IMG/VR virus record: IMGVR_UViG_2811995017_000004
Location: 1 to 64,000 of that record
DNA: 64,000 bases
Reading direction: 5' to 3' (one strand)
Origin: an uncultured virus (IMG/VR IMGVR_UViG_2811995017_000004)
Lineage: Duplodnaviria; Heunggongvirae; Uroviricota; Caudoviricetes
This document shows, one piece after another, positions 31,437-41,898 of this stretch (its first letter is position 1; the number at the start of each line of letters is the position of its first letter). Under the pieces are notes generated by a model that had not been told where the DNA came from, searched no databases, and worked only from the letters and a program-made list of their open reading frames with translations. The translations under genes were made by a program, and so were the position numbers.

Positions 31437-32570
31437 CTATTCACCTTCTCTTGTTCCAATTTCAATTTTATTTCTCATCAACTCCTCTAGAATTTCTTTT
31501 CCTTTGTCTGCTGGGCTGTCTTTATAATCAAGTAACCCTTTAGTATCCCAAAGAACATATACACGCATAAATGGCGAAAATTTTGCTGCTAAATTCAATA
31601 TTTTTTCTTCATAATTTTTTAGGTTTTCTTTGTACTTTTCGTTGCTTTCACCTTCCTTAATCCCTCTAAATTTATCTAAAGCAATAAACACTTCTTGCAC
31701 ATCCAAGGAAAGAAGAATGTCTCTATGGAAATTTGAAATATTATTTGAACAAACAGCGCAGGTGAAATTCAAATCCCCATAGAAATCTTGACATTTTAAT
31801 ACTGATTTTTCTGATTCGAAAATCATCGCCTTTTTCAAGCGTTTAATTGCTTTTTTTGTTTTATGTAATCCATAAAGGTTCATCATTGTTTGGTGATTAT
31901 ACATTGTATTCCCGACGGTTAACGGCATATACTTTCGGCCATTGTCAATATCTTCTTGGATCATTGAACGTCTGCGTATGCCAATTAATCTCCCATTAAT
32001 GTCTCTGTGAGGAATCACTATGCCTTCCTCTCGATTTCGAAAATAATATCCGATCTCGAATTCCATTATGGTTTCATAACTAATTCCTTCGTTTAGCCAC
32101 GCTTCATGAGGATATTTCATAAAAACATCTAGAACTGTCTCACTATAGGCTGGCAGCGTAGTATCAATTTTTTTCCGTGTTTTAAATTTAGTAATCCAAT
32201 CCCAATCATCTACTATGTGTTCCTTTGGGGTTGAAGATAGAAAACCAAATCCAAAGTTTTTACCTGATACTTTAACCACAAACTCAATCGCTTGTGTAAA
32301 CGTTAGGGAAATACCTTGCTGTTTTTTAGATCGGATAACCAGTTCATAAATATCAAAAGTATCGCCACATTCTGTATAACAGTGAAACTGTTGTGCCTCA
32401 TGATAGTAATAAAGTTTAAAACTCCCGTTTGTTTTATTGTGACATACTGTTCTATAGATTGGATTTCCGTTGCTATCAGTTTGATATGTTTCGCTACCAA
32501 GTTCCCTTAAAATCTTATGTATGTCTTCAATTGATAAACTTTCTTTAACTTGATCTTTGTCGTATCTCAA
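31437..32570 (-). CDS. yorJ: DNA primase
   Basis: N-terminal Zn motif (CH...CYTEC) and TOPRIM (IFESEKS, IALD). Confidence 0.85.
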   Translation of the reverse strand: MRYDKDQVKESLSIEDIHKILRELGSETYQTDSNGNPIYRTVCHNKTNGSFKLYYYHEAQQFHCYTECGDTFDIYELVIRSKKQQGISLTFTQAIEFVVKVSGKNFGFGFLSSTPKEHIVDDWDWITKFKTRKKIDTTLPAYSETVLDVFMKYPHEAWLNEGISYETIMEFEIGYYFRNREEGIVIPHRDINGRLIGIRRRSMIQEDIDNGRKYMPLTVGNTMYNHQTMMNLYGLHKTKKAIKRLKKAMIFESEKSVLKCQDFYGDLNFTCAVCSNNISNFHRDILLSLDVQEVFIALDKFRGIKEGESNEKYKENLKNYEEKILNLAAKFSPFMRVYVLWDTKGLLDYKDSPADKGKEILEELMRNKIEIGTREGE

Positions 32571-32586
32571 AGGGCTTTACACCCCG

Positions 32587-34101
32587 CTACCCTGCTTTAA
32601 TAATTAATTTTTCAATTTGAATCAATTCATTATCAACATTAGTAACAAAGCAATCTTTTATTCTCATGTTCCCCATGTTGATATGTGAAAAGACTTTAAC
32701 TTTATCATGTTCGTTCCCTCTATTTTTAAATACATGAGTTACGAAGTTTGGCTCCGGATAGAATCCAGATTTCAAAATAACATCAACCGCTTCTTTTTCT
32801 TTCTTGCTTAATGGCAAAACAATCATTGCAGCGTCAGTTTTATCTGCGATCGCTTTACTTCCTCTTAAATAAGTAGCATCAATTTGAAGCCCTCTTAGCC
32901 AAGCGTCTTTCCACTCACCATTTAACTGTGTTGCACTCATCATATAGATATCGTATTTGTTGCAAAGTGCCTTCAACTTATCTGACATGAGCAATAGTAT
33001 TTGATCTTCTCTAAGGTTAACTCCACTTTTCTTACTCATTTCAGCGAAGATTGTTACAGATGAATGAATATAATCAAAATAAACATATTCAACTGCATTT
33101 CTTATGACGTTTTTTTCAATAGTTCTTTCTATTTCTTTGATATTGAAATCAGGCAAATGCTCAAACCAAATGGGTGATTTTTTCAACACCTCAGCAGCTT
33201 TTTTTACTCGCGCTTTTTCACTCTCTGTTGTGGTGTTTCTCAGTATATTTTTCTCCTCAACCCCGCTGATATAAGCTAAAGCTAAACTTTGCAGCTCTTC
33301 AGAGATCATTTCAGTTGAAATGACTACCGACTTTTCCTGAAAATCATTTTTAACCCATTTATTTTCTTTTAAATCATAAAGTTGATCTGCACTTAGCCTG
33401 CAAGCGTCGGCCACCATATTACGGGTTTTCCCTCCGCCAGTCATACTCGATCTTAAATAAAATTTCTTTTTCCTAGATCCACGAAAAATAGACGTTAACA
33501 TCTCACTATTCATTGGAACCCCAATATCCGGTGATTGTTCAAGTCGCTTGAGAAGCTCGTCTATTCCTTCCCCACCTTGAATTCCGATACTGTCAGAATT
33601 TGTACTGAACTTTTCTTTAATTTCAACGATTTTCATTTCATAAAAAGAGAGAATGTCTTCAATTGATGTCTTATCAAATTTTTCCTTCATTATTTCTTGA
33701 TCTTTGGGATCAATTATTGATTCATCATATATCTCATCAATATTGAATCCTAGACCGACCATCTCTCTGAGAAGGCTAAATTTTTTCAACCTGTTGTAGT
33801 AGTAATCAAAGTTTTCAACAACAGCCAATTTTTGAATTTGTTCGATATACTCATGTCCATTGTTTTCATTGAAAATTTTGTATTGTATATCGTAATCTCT
33901 AAGATATCCATCAATTTCAATTTCGTTAATGACTTCTGTTCCTTGATGAAATAAGTTATACATCGCAAAGAAAAGAATTGAGTGAAAACGTTCAGGGAAA
34001 TCACTTGCTGTAATTTGGTATTTGTTGCTGTCCGATAAAAGCGAAGGTTCCTTTAAGATGCTGCCTAACACTTGAATAATTGCTTTCTTGTCTTGTAACA
34101 A
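32587..34101 (-). CDS. yorI: Replicative DnaB-like helicase
   Basis: TGGGKT, STEM, FDYI, ATQLN, KNRG motifs. Confidence 0.92.
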   Translation of the reverse strand: MLQDKKAIIQVLGSILKEPSLLSDSNKYQITASDFPERFHSILFFAMYNLFHQGTEVINEIEIDGYLRDYDIQYKIFNENNGHEYIEQIQKLAVVENFDYYYNRLKKFSLLREMVGLGFNIDEIYDESIIDPKDQEIMKEKFDKTSIEDILSFYEMKIVEIKEKFSTNSDSIGIQGGEGIDELLKRLEQSPDIGVPMNSEMLTSIFRGSRKKKFYLRSSMTGGGKTRNMVADACRLSADQLYDLKENKWVKNDFQEKSVVISTEMISEELQSLALAYISGVEEKNILRNTTTESEKARVKKAAEVLKKSPIWFEHLPDFNIKEIERTIEKNVIRNAVEYVYFDYIHSSVTIFAEMSKKSGVNLREDQILLLMSDKLKALCNKYDIYMMSATQLNGEWKDAWLRGLQIDATYLRGSKAIADKTDAAMIVLPLSKKEKEAVDVILKSGFYPEPNFVTHVFKNRGNEHDKVKVFSHINMGNMRIKDCFVTNVDNELIQIEKLIIKAG

Positions 34102-34115
34102 ATGAACTTCCCTTT

Positions 34116-34586
34116 CTACAAAGTAGATATATCAACAATTTTTGTATTTCTTCTGCTTTGTTTTTTTATTACAACAATTCTCTCTCTCTGTTTTTGATTT
34201 ATTGCGCTTTTCACTGATTCTTCAATGGCCTTTTTCTGAAGGTAGTCTTTTTTCGCTTCTTCATAAATGAATGGAACTATTCCCAAACCATCACCTTCAC
34301 GAACTGGATTACCCAAGGTTTCATGAAAGTACCTTAATGCTAATTCAATCCCTTTTAATTTATATTTATACTCCTCTTGAAATTCTTTAATTTGCTTAAG
34401 CATCATCCCTGTTGGAGCTTCTATTTTATATAGTTCACATATGTATTTGATTAACTCTTTCCGATGTTCTGCTTCCATCTTCCATGTTTCAAAACATTGC
34501 TTGTGATAATATCTTTTTTTATAAGGGATTGCATCATCCTTGTCTAAATAATTTTCACAGTATGGACATTTAACACGACGTGCCAT
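34116..34586 (-). CDS. yorH: Zn-binding replication-associated protein
   Basis: CPYC...H..C; synteny. Confidence 0.75.
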   Translation of the reverse strand: MARRVKCPYCENYLDKDDAIPYKKRYYHKQCFETWKMEAEHRKELIKYICELYKIEAPTGMMLKQIKEFQEEYKYKLKGIELALRYFHETLGNPVREGDGLGIVPFIYEEAKKDYLQKKAIEESVKSAINQKQRERIVVIKKQSRRNTKIVDISTL

Positions 34587-34627
34587 ATACTCACCTCTAA
34601 ATAAAGAGGGAGATAAACTCCCCCACT

Positions 34628-35599
34628 TTAGTTTTCAAGAAGGTCTCTAAGATCGTCTAAAATAACAGACATTATATCCGTTTGTTTTTTAGTGCATTCA
34701 GTCACCCTAGCCCCTTGTCCGAGATGTTTTTCAGTTACTTCATTAACTTCTTCAAGTCTGCCTTCTTCGTTTAGCTTTGACCCAATTTCAATAATCTGCT
34801 CCATTAGTTGATCATAGTCTAGTTTTTCTGATAAGTTCTTTTGTTTCTGTTCTTCATATGTAACGGCTTGAATTCCCTCTGCTTCTTCTTGTCGTTTAAT
34901 TGCTTCAACAACTGCCTTTTCTAGATTTTCAGCAGTAAACTCTTCAATATATGTATCAATATAATCAAAACGGCTTCGAGCAAAGAACTTCTCAGTTTCA
35001 GCTAACCAAGCACTAGATTTAATTACTTTATTATCTTCATCCACACCATTTGAGCTCAGGAATAAGACGATATCGCTATTATCGATGACTGGTGCAAGCA
35101 CTCGCTTATCACCTTTAGGAATGATTTTTCCATCCTTATCTTCCGTTGCGTGAGCAATAAAGACTACAGTGAATCCTACATTTAAGAGCTTGTTAATTTC
35201 CTCCCAGACTTCCGTTTCATACTCTTTCCATAAACCGAATCCATCGTTCCCATCCTTAATTCGACCAACATCATATTGGTCACATACATATCTCGTTGCA
35301 TACTTTGAAAAAGCATCTACTTCATCAACAATTATGGTTTGATAAACTTCTTTAGCCTTTTCAGGATTTTTTGTAAGCTGCTTGTTCACTTTTTTGAAAT
35401 CTCCCCAGCTATTAATCGGCATGAAAGGGACTCCAGCAATTGCGTTTAATCCTTTTTCAAATGGAAGGTAAAGTGGTTTTTTCATTCTGGTACTCTGTTT
35501 TGTTTTTCCTAAGTTGTTAGATCCATATATCGTAATAACTTTACCTTCAAGTCCTTTTGCTACTACGGAAATCTGAGGGTTAAAAATATCTAATGCCAT
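34628..35599 (-). CDS. yorG: AAA_24/Sak4-like ATPase
   Basis: YGSNNLGKT, IIVDE, FIAH motifs. Confidence 0.85.
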   Translation of the reverse strand: MALDIFNPQISVVAKGLEGKVITIYGSNNLGKTKQSTRMKKPLYLPFEKGLNAIAGVPFMPINSWGDFKKVNKQLTKNPEKAKEVYQTIIVDEVDAFSKYATRYVCDQYDVGRIKDGNDGFGLWKEYETEVWEEINKLLNVGFTVVFIAHATEDKDGKIIPKGDKRVLAPVIDNSDIVLFLSSNGVDEDNKVIKSSAWLAETEKFFARSRFDYIDTYIEEFTAENLEKAVVEAIKRQEEAEGIQAVTYEEQKQKNLSEKLDYDQLMEQIIEIGSKLNEEGRLEEVNEVTEKHLGQGARVTECTKKQTDIMSVILDDLRDLLEN

Positions 35600-35653
35600 A
35601 AACACTTCTCCTTTTAATTGATTTATTAACGTTTTCTCGATTGTCATTAATTA

Positions 35654-36565
35654 TTAAAATGGTAGACCATCTTTAGAAATCGATTTAGAAGCGCTTGTGC
35701 TTGCTTTTCCTCCGAAACCTGTTTTCTTCTCGTTTTTATTATTTTTCTTACTGTCATTCTTCATTTGCTCTAAGTAAAGCTCTCTTTCAGTCAATGCCGC
35801 TTTAATCGCTTCAGCGTCAAAAGCTGCTTTATCGTCTTCGTCATACGGCTCAAAGCCACCTGTAATTAAAAATTCGCGCTTTGTATTATATGTAATGTTT
35901 TGTTTGTCTTTACCAAAGGCAGCTTGTTGAAGAGTCACCTTCTTTTCTTTGAAATTGATGATGTTTCCAAATACTTTTACACTGCTGCCTTTTTCATAAT
36001 TGTTCTCTACGTAATCAGACCCCTCTTTTGTAACCGCAAACGTAAAAGGAATAATCTTTCCACCATACAGAGGGATGTACCCTTCCAATAGGACTCTGCC
36101 CGTTTCTTCGCCTTTAATTTTTTCTTCTTTAACGCCTTTTACAAAAAATTCGACTTCAAATTCTGCTCTCGGATTATATTCTTCATCCGACTTTAAACGG
36201 TTAACAAAATTAGTTGACAATTGCGGGTACGATTTTAAATTATCTTGGACAAAATATTCATTCAACCCAATTCTTCCTTGTGTTACTCGAACTCTGTCAG
36301 CTTCTTCTTTGCCATGAGTAGCTACAGACTTATAGTCGTTAATGATTGTTTTGTAGCCTTTAGCAATCCCATTGTCTGATCCATCTTCTTTTTTATACTT
36401 GGACATTCCAGTGACTGTATGTACTTCATTTGGAGCTGTTTCAATGTCTAATTCAATATTTAGCCCCTCTCCATTTTTCCATTCATTGTGGCGCACTTCT
36501 AGAAGTAATCCTTCTAAAACTACTTTGTTTTCTGCTTCACGCAATACTGTTTGATTTTCTGCCAT
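35654..36565 (-). CDS. yorF: Putative ssDNA-binding protein
   Basis: Beta-rich body, flexible tail ending LPF; synteny. Confidence 0.75.
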   Translation of the reverse strand: MAENQTVLREAENKVVLEGLLLEVRHNEWKNGEGLNIELDIETAPNEVHTVTGMSKYKKEDGSDNGIAKGYKTIINDYKSVATHGKEEADRVRVTQGRIGLNEYFVQDNLKSYPQLSTNFVNRLKSDEEYNPRAEFEVEFFVKGVKEEKIKGEETGRVLLEGYIPLYGGKIIPFTFAVTKEGSDYVENNYEKGSSVKVFGNIINFKEKKVTLQQAAFGKDKQNITYNTKREFLITGGFEPYDEDDKAAFDAEAIKAALTERELYLEQMKNDSKKNNKNEKKTGFGGKASTSASKSISKDGLPF

Positions 36566-36814
36566 CCAGCAACTCTCCTTTATTATGTGTATATTTTTAA
36601 TTAGATTATAAAAAATGAATCAAAATACTCTCCGTTATGCGAGTTCTTAATATGTGCTTTTGCATTTTGTTTTTTTAAATCAAGAAATTTTGAAATTACT
36701 AAGGCTACATCAAATCCAACATAGACGTTGCCAAAAACCTGATTATTCAAACCGATCTCAGCAAATTCAACAAGAGAATATTTTATCAGTTACCTCAGAA
36801 CATGTTTATGTACG

Positions 36815-37147
36815 CTACCTGGCTATGCAATGCTTTCTGTAATACTTTATGTCTTTGATGCCTAAAGCTTTCGATAATTCTATGTATCTTTTCTTCGAAA
36901 ATCTTGGTCTCTTATGGTTTACAATTTTAATAACCTTCCCATTCCTCACCGTTATATGGAGATCATGGTACATATAAACCTTTGAAAAGAGCCCAATTCT
37001 TAGAACACGCTCCGGTGTTTCAGCTTGAACCAGTTTTACATTTCGTGTAAGCTTCGCTCTTGCCTGTTCTTCTGTTATGTTTTTATTCCCCTTGACGCTT
37101 TTCCTGTAGTAATTTAAAGCATCGTTTGTAACTTTTAACATCTTCAT
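36815..37147 (-). CDS. Basic hypothetical protein heading the replication operon
   Basis: GAGGTG RBS directly after a promoter. Confidence 0.75.
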   Translation of the reverse strand: MKMLKVTNDALNYYRKSVKGNKNITEEQARAKLTRNVKLVQAETPERVLRIGLFSKVYMYHDLHITVRNGKVIKIVNHKRPRFSKKRYIELSKALGIKDIKYYRKHCIAR

Positions 37148-37178
37148 TTTCTCACCTCTCTCTCAACAGGATAATTAC

Positions 37179-37207
37179 ATTATATCCTTTTAATTTGTTT
37201 ATGTAAA
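37179..37207 (-). promoter_or_regulatory. sigmaA promoter of the replication operon with the conserved spacer element
   Basis: TTTACA-taaacaaattaaaagga-TATAAT. Confidence 0.8.
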
Positions 37208-37390
37208 TGCAAATTAAAAATTTTTTTATTATCAGGTTAACAGTTAACATTACCTTCTATTATTATATATTTAATTTTTCTAAGATTAAGAATTATATAT
37301 TCCCATCTTTACTTGACAATGGAAATATTATATTATTTTCTTGTATTAGTTAAATTATGGTGGAAAAGGTAATTGAAAGAGGTTATTAGA

Positions 37391-38281
37391 TTGAAAAACG
37401 TTGTTTTTACTTTGATTTTGTTAATATTACTTGCTAGTTGCACTAATAACAGCTCCCAAATTTCTTTTTCAAAAAGCGACTGTGAAAAAAATTGGGCACT
37501 TTGTGCTGTTTTCCCAAATGAAAAAGTCAAATTGAATTCACCTAAAGAACCTGTAAAGGTAGCATTATTGGATAGTGGAGTCAATAGTTCTCTATCATTT
37601 TTTAAGAATAGTTCAATAATTTCATATGATGCTATAAACAATAAGCCTACTACCACAGATTCTTTAGGTCATGGTACTGCTATAGCCAGTATCTTATTGG
37701 CTCCTGCTAATAAACGAACAGTTCATGGCGTATCACCTAATGTGAAATTATTTGATGTAAAGGTACTTAACGATAAAGGAGGTGGTGACATTGATGATGT
37801 AATTAACGGAATCGATTGGAGTATCAAGCAGGATGTTGACATCATTAATCTTAGCTTTGGTTTTCAAAAAGATGACAAAAAGTTAAAACATGCTATTGAC
37901 AAAGCAATCGAGAAAAATATTATAGTTATCGCTTCTGCTGGGAATACATTAGGTCTTTCAGCAGATTATCCAGCAAAATATCAAAATGTCATATCTGTTT
38001 CTTCTGTCGATAAAAACCTAAGAAGAGATAAATTTGCAGCTAAAGGCAAGGTTGATTTTGTTGCACCTGGCGTTCAAATTCCTGTTTTGACTCATTCAGG
38101 CAAATTAGAAACCGTTGATGGCACATCCTTTGCAACAGCTTTTGTCACAGGTATAGTATCAAATATCCTATCGAAAAATCCAGAGTATGAAAGGAAAGAT
38201 GTCTTGAATTATTTAAAGAGCACAGCAAAAGATTTAGGAAGGAAAGAAGACTATGGTTACGGGTTAACACAATATGACTAA
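37391..38281 (+). CDS. Lipoprotein S8 (subtilisin-like) peptidase
   Basis: Lipobox LLASC; catalytic LDSG, GHGT, GTSFA. No long propeptide. Confidence 0.92.
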   Translation: MKNVVFTLILLILLASCTNNSSQISFSKSDCEKNWALCAVFPNEKVKLNSPKEPVKVALLDSGVNSSLSFFKNSSIISYDAINNKPTTTDSLGHGTAIASILLAPANKRTVHGVSPNVKLFDVKVLNDKGGGDIDDVINGIDWSIKQDVDIINLSFGFQKDDKKLKHAIDKAIEKNIIVIASAGNTLGLSADYPAKYQNVISVSSVDKNLRRDKFAAKGKVDFVAPGVQIPVLTHSGKLETVDGTSFATAFVTGIVSNILSKNPEYERKDVLNYLKSTAKDLGRKEDYGYGLTQYD

Positions 38282-38298
38282 AAAAAAGGAGAATTAAA

Positions 38299-39189
38299 TT
38301 GAAATATTTTATTAGCTTTTTGTTAACTGTTTTTGTATTTTATAACGTAGGGACGAGTTTTTCCTCTGCAACAACAAACCAAACAGAAAACAATTATGAA
38401 GATGTAATTAATAAGGAGCAAATAGAATCTGAAACAGAAGATTTCTTTGGTGAGTCTGTCAATGGTAATGATGTTGCATTAGAAAGCCAAGTCGATGGTA
38501 ATGAAGCAACTATTCAAACAAAGATTGAAACAGATGATTTATCGGTTGATGGTGAATTAGAATTAAATTTAGATACTAGTGACATAATTGTTTCCGCAGA
38601 AGCAAAAGATGATAATGGTACACTTTTTCAGGGCGATTTTGAAGTGGAATTACAAGATATAAATGATGATGGAGATTTTATTGCAACTTTAACTGACACT
38701 GAAACAGGAGAACAATTTAAAGTAAATACTGCTGAAGTTAAAGCTTCATGGTATCCTTTAGTTGTAATTGCTATTACTGTTGCACGTATTGGCATTAAAC
38801 AAGCTATTAAGAAATTTGGAAAATCCAGTGTCAAAAAAGCAACGAAAAAATATGGTAAAAAAACCTCAGCGTCAAAAGCTGTACGAAAAGTAAATATGTC
38901 GAAATTAGATTCTCATTACAAAAAGCACAAAAAAGAGTTCGGTAATATCTCCAAATCTCAATATTTGAATAAAGCACGAACATTTTTAGGGAAAGCTACT
39001 AGCAAAACAGTTCTCCAAAAAAGGAGCAAGAAAAAATTCAATGGTAAATATCGTTACTATAAGTATAATAAAAAGACCAATGAATTTTTAGCAGTAGAAC
39101 GACAAAAGGATAAAGATGTGATTATTACATATTTCAAGCCAAAACATCCAAATAAAAAAGCTGGTTATGAATATTATAAACGGCAATAA
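38299..39189 (+). CDS. Secreted polymorphic toxin precursor
   Basis: Signal peptide, acidic beta-rich pro-domain, amphipathic cationic helix (WYPLVVIAITVARIGIKQAIKKFG), then a basic C-terminus (HYKKHKKEFG...YLNKA...YNKKTNEF...ITYFKP) resembling BECR-type RNase toxins. Confidence 0.75.
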   Translation: MKYFISFLLTVFVFYNVGTSFSSATTNQTENNYEDVINKEQIESETEDFFGESVNGNDVALESQVDGNEATIQTKIETDDLSVDGELELNLDTSDIIVSAEAKDDNGTLFQGDFEVELQDINDDGDFIATLTDTETGEQFKVNTAEVKASWYPLVVIAITVARIGIKQAIKKFGKSSVKKATKKYGKKTSASKAVRKVNMSKLDSHYKKHKKEFGNISKSQYLNKARTFLGKATSKTVLQKRSKKKFNGKYRYYKYNKKTNEFLAVERQKDKDVIITYFKPKHPNKKAGYEYYKRQ

Positions 39190-39219
39190 TTAAATAAAAT
39201 AATAAATGGGGGATCAATA

Positions 39220-39579
39220 TTGGAAAAAGAATTATATTCCTGTCTAGTATGCGGATATAAAGGATTAAATGAAAAACTTTTAGATAATGGCGAGTATCAA
39301 AAAACATTTGAAATTTGTCCATGTTGCAATTTTGAATTTGGCTACAGTGAAGATCATGATGTGAGTTTAGGCTTTATTGTAACTCCAGATCATTTAATTG
39401 AGGCTGCATTTCAATTGTATCGAAAACAATGGATCGAGGCTGGGATGAAAATTGCTCATCCTGAAGAAATTCCAGAAGATTTAAAAAATGGGGAGTGCTT
39501 AAAATTTGAAGTTTTAATGAAACAATTGAAAGCCCTAAATCTTGACATGGAAAATCTCGATATTGATGGCATTAATTAA
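39220..39579 (+). CDS. Cys-rich (CPCC-like) immunity protein
   Basis: CLVCG...EICPCCNFEFG...YRKQW; acidic; directly after the toxin. Confidence 0.7.
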   Translation: MEKELYSCLVCGYKGLNEKLLDNGEYQKTFEICPCCNFEFGYSEDHDVSLGFIVTPDHLIEAAFQLYRKQWIEAGMKIAHPEEIPEDLKNGECLKFEVLMKQLKALNLDMENLDIDGIN

Positions 39580-39591
39580 TATCCCAACCTT

Positions 39592-39618
39592 AGAAAAAGC
39601 CCTTATGGGCTTTTTCTT
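39592..39618 (+). terminator. Intrinsic terminator
   Basis: AGAAAAAGCCC-TTAT-GGGCTTTTTCT. Confidence 0.85.
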
Positions 39619-39944
39619 ATCTACTCACTAAAATACACATATACAGGGATACTCTTGCTATCACTCCCCCACCGTTAATTAACTTCCCGTTAAAATGACA
39701 GTTTTATTGAATCTTCTTCACGGTAATGAAATGGGTATCCCCAATGAGACTTTAGGTTCTTTTTGAAATAAGTTATGTCTCGTATAATAACAAAATAGTG
39801 GACTATATGTTTTTAGATCAAATTCAATTTTTGTCCTTTCTTTTATAACCAAAAATTTCTTAGGGAATATATTGATTTTTATCCAAATATTTAATATAGT
39901 TAGCAATATATTAAATTAATGGTTATTAAAGGAGGAGTAAAGAA

Positions 39945-40430
39945 ATGAAGAAAAAACTTATTTCATTTATCATGGTGTTCACGTTAGCTGTGCTGGCTGT
40001 ATCAGTTGTTTCTCCTGGCTATGCAAGTGCAGCGGAAAGTAAAAAAGTACCTGTAGTTCAAAATAGCATACAGGCTCCTTTAGCTTCAAATATGAAAACC
40101 GATATTGCTAAAATCCAGTCAAAGCTTGAGACTCCTGTAGCTGCAAATTCTAAAGTACATACACAGGGTATTCCTTTCGCTAAACAAATATTAGTAAAAG
40201 CACTTAGGGTTGGTGGTCCCGCTTTAGGAACCCTTATTAAAAAGATCCCATATAAATGGGCTCAAAAAGCTGGAGATGCTTGTTCTAAGTGGGGACACAA
40301 AGCCGCGGACGTTATAGATGAACTTACAAATTTCGGAGAAACAGCCGTTACTGTGGCATTAGTGAAAGCTGGAATTCCATTAGCTGATGCACAGTTAATT
40401 GCGAAGGTTGTTGTGTTCTTTTTGCTATAA
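39945..40430 (+). CDS. Secreted prepro-protein, bacteriocin/pore-former-like
   Basis: Sec signal ending ASA, a spacer, then a hydrophobic cationic helical C-terminus starting GIPFAKQIL. Confidence 0.65.
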   Translation: MKKKLISFIMVFTLAVLAVSVVSPGYASAAESKKVPVVQNSIQAPLASNMKTDIAKIQSKLETPVAANSKVHTQGIPFAKQILVKALRVGGPALGTLIKKIPYKWAQKAGDACSKWGHKAADVIDELTNFGETAVTVALVKAGIPLADAQLIAKVVVFFLL

Positions 40431-40439
40431 CTATACATT

Positions 40440-40481
40440 AAAACAAAAGAGTGAGGCTTATAACCTTCACTCTTTTGTTTT
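40440..40481 (+). terminator. Long hairpin between the secreted protein and the membrane protein
   Basis: AAAACAAAAGAGTGA...TCACTCTTTTGTTTT. Confidence 0.7.
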
Positions 40482-40503
40482 AATTAGGTAAGGAGAGATC
40501 ACC

Positions 40504-41025
40504 ATGAATCTGCTTGTTATGACGTTATCAATTTATCTTTTGTTTCTCATCGTCTTTTTTATTTTTATGTACAGAGGAGAAAAGAAAGAAGCTGCAGAAA
40601 AAAACACAAATGAAAAATTTTTATTATCTACAGTAATAGGAGCTTTGGTTTTATCACTAATTCCTACTGCAGTCATAATGGGGATAATCTTATTTGCAAC
40701 AGGATCAGCAAATGTACTTGTAAGCTTCTTTGAATTAGAAATAGGATTCAATCAGATTGTTATTATGAGTGTGTGTATGGTTGTTTATTCTTTTACTTTT
40801 GATAATATTTTTGTGGCTGTTGGAAGGCACCTCATTGGAGATAACTTTTTCAAGTTTATATTTGCCTCATTGTTTAGGTTTTTATTTATTTATATAGTGG
40901 GTATCTTGTGTTCAATTGGGAGTAGCGACAACTTTAAATTATCATTAGGATTAACTTTATTTTTTCTTTTATTAGAATGTATTTTCCCTAAAAAGCCTGA
41001 TCGTACTCAGAATATAGAATCTTAA
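40504..41025 (+). CDS. Multi-pass membrane protein (YrvL-like), candidate immunity protein
   Basis: About 5 hydrophobic segments; AAGGAG RBS. Confidence 0.7.
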   Translation: MNLLVMTLSIYLLFLIVFFIFMYRGEKKEAAEKNTNEKFLLSTVIGALVLSLIPTAVIMGIILFATGSANVLVSFFELEIGFNQIVIMSVCMVVYSFTFDNIFVAVGRHLIGDNFFKFIFASLFRFLFIYIVGILCSIGSSDNFKLSLGLTLFFLLLECIFPKKPDRTQNIES

Positions 41026-41131
41026 GGGCGGACATATCATGACCGACAAAGAAAGAGAAGAACTTGCTGCGAATTTAATGCATATGAAAAAAATGAACAA
41101 AATGATTAAGAAGGTACTGAAGTAGTAGATA

Positions 41132-41156
41132 TAAAGCAGGCTCTAAGCCTGCTTTA
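41132..41156. terminator. Bidirectional terminator between convergent genes
   Basis: AAAGCAGGCT-CTA-AGCCTGCTTT. Confidence 0.8.
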
Positions 41157-41160
41157 TTGT

Positions 41161-41415
41161 TTAAAACTCCTCTTCATACAATGCTTTCTCCAAGCAGTCC
41201 AATTCCTTCAGCTCGCACTGAACCTTTTCTAATTCACATTTAACCTTTTCAAGGCTATCATTTTCTAATTGCAGTAAATCTGTCAGACGTCTAATCTTAG
41301 CCTCAATATTTGCCAATTGAGTGAGTAAGGCACTTTGCTGCTGCAGTAATTGCCTTCTAACCAATTCAATTGTTTCTTCTGTACATTGTCCTCCGCATAG
41401 TTGTTCTACTGACAT
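41161..41415 (-). CDS. Coiled-coil hypothetical protein
   Basis: AAGGAG RBS; heptad pattern. Confidence 0.7.
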   Translation of the reverse strand: MSVEQLCGGQCTEETIELVRRQLLQQQSALLTQLANIEAKIRRLTDLLQLENDSLEKVKCELEKVQCELKELDCLEKALYEEEF

Positions 41416-41515
41416 TTTACTTCTCCTTTTTATTTTTAATTAGTTTATGAATCCTATAAAAGATTGTTTTTATTCAGAAGTTATGTAATCATTCCTCCAT
41501 TGCCCGCTCTGTAAC

Positions 41516-41704
41516 TCATTCCGTCGCCTGCCGAAGCAATGATTTTTCTGGCGGATGGAATGTCAATTCCTTATAACCTTCTTCATCTTTATAAGTAAAT
41601 ACTCGTTTTCCGTAGTGGTATCCATCTATTCTTACAATCGGGTGAAATCGCCCGTTAAATTCAATAGTTCCTAAATCTGCACGAAAAGGAATGTAAATTC
41701 CCAT
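41516..41704 (-). CDS. Hypothetical protein
   Basis: Translationally coupled chain. Confidence 0.65.
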   Translation of the reverse strand: MGIYIPFRADLGTIEFNGRFHPIVRIDGYHYGKRVFTYKDEEGYKELTFHPPEKSLLRQATE

Positions 41705-41898
41705 TATTCCGCCGCCGCCTCCTTATTGATCCGGTTACTCCTTCTATCTGCAAACATCATCATTTGATACTCCTGCAACTGCTTTTCAACAGTTTCCACA
41801 GGCACTAAAGGAAAAGCAGTCTTTTCCCACAAAATAAAATCGCACTGCTTATCATTTGCATCAGGGAAATACTTTCTCACTAAGTCAATCCACGTCAT
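41704..41898 (-). CDS. Hypothetical protein
   Basis: GGAGG RBS; coupled. Confidence 0.65.
   Translation of the reverse strand: MTWIDLVRKYFPDANDKQCDFILWEKTAFPLVPVETVEKQLQEYQMMMFADRRSNRINKEAAAE

Noticed and set aside
36796..36815. Possible SOS box upstream of yorF (AGAACATGTTTATG)
   Set aside because: Does not fit GAAC-N4-GTTC.
37313..37341. TTGACA as the -35 of the toxin operon promoter
   Set aside because: No credible -10 at 16-18 bp spacing.
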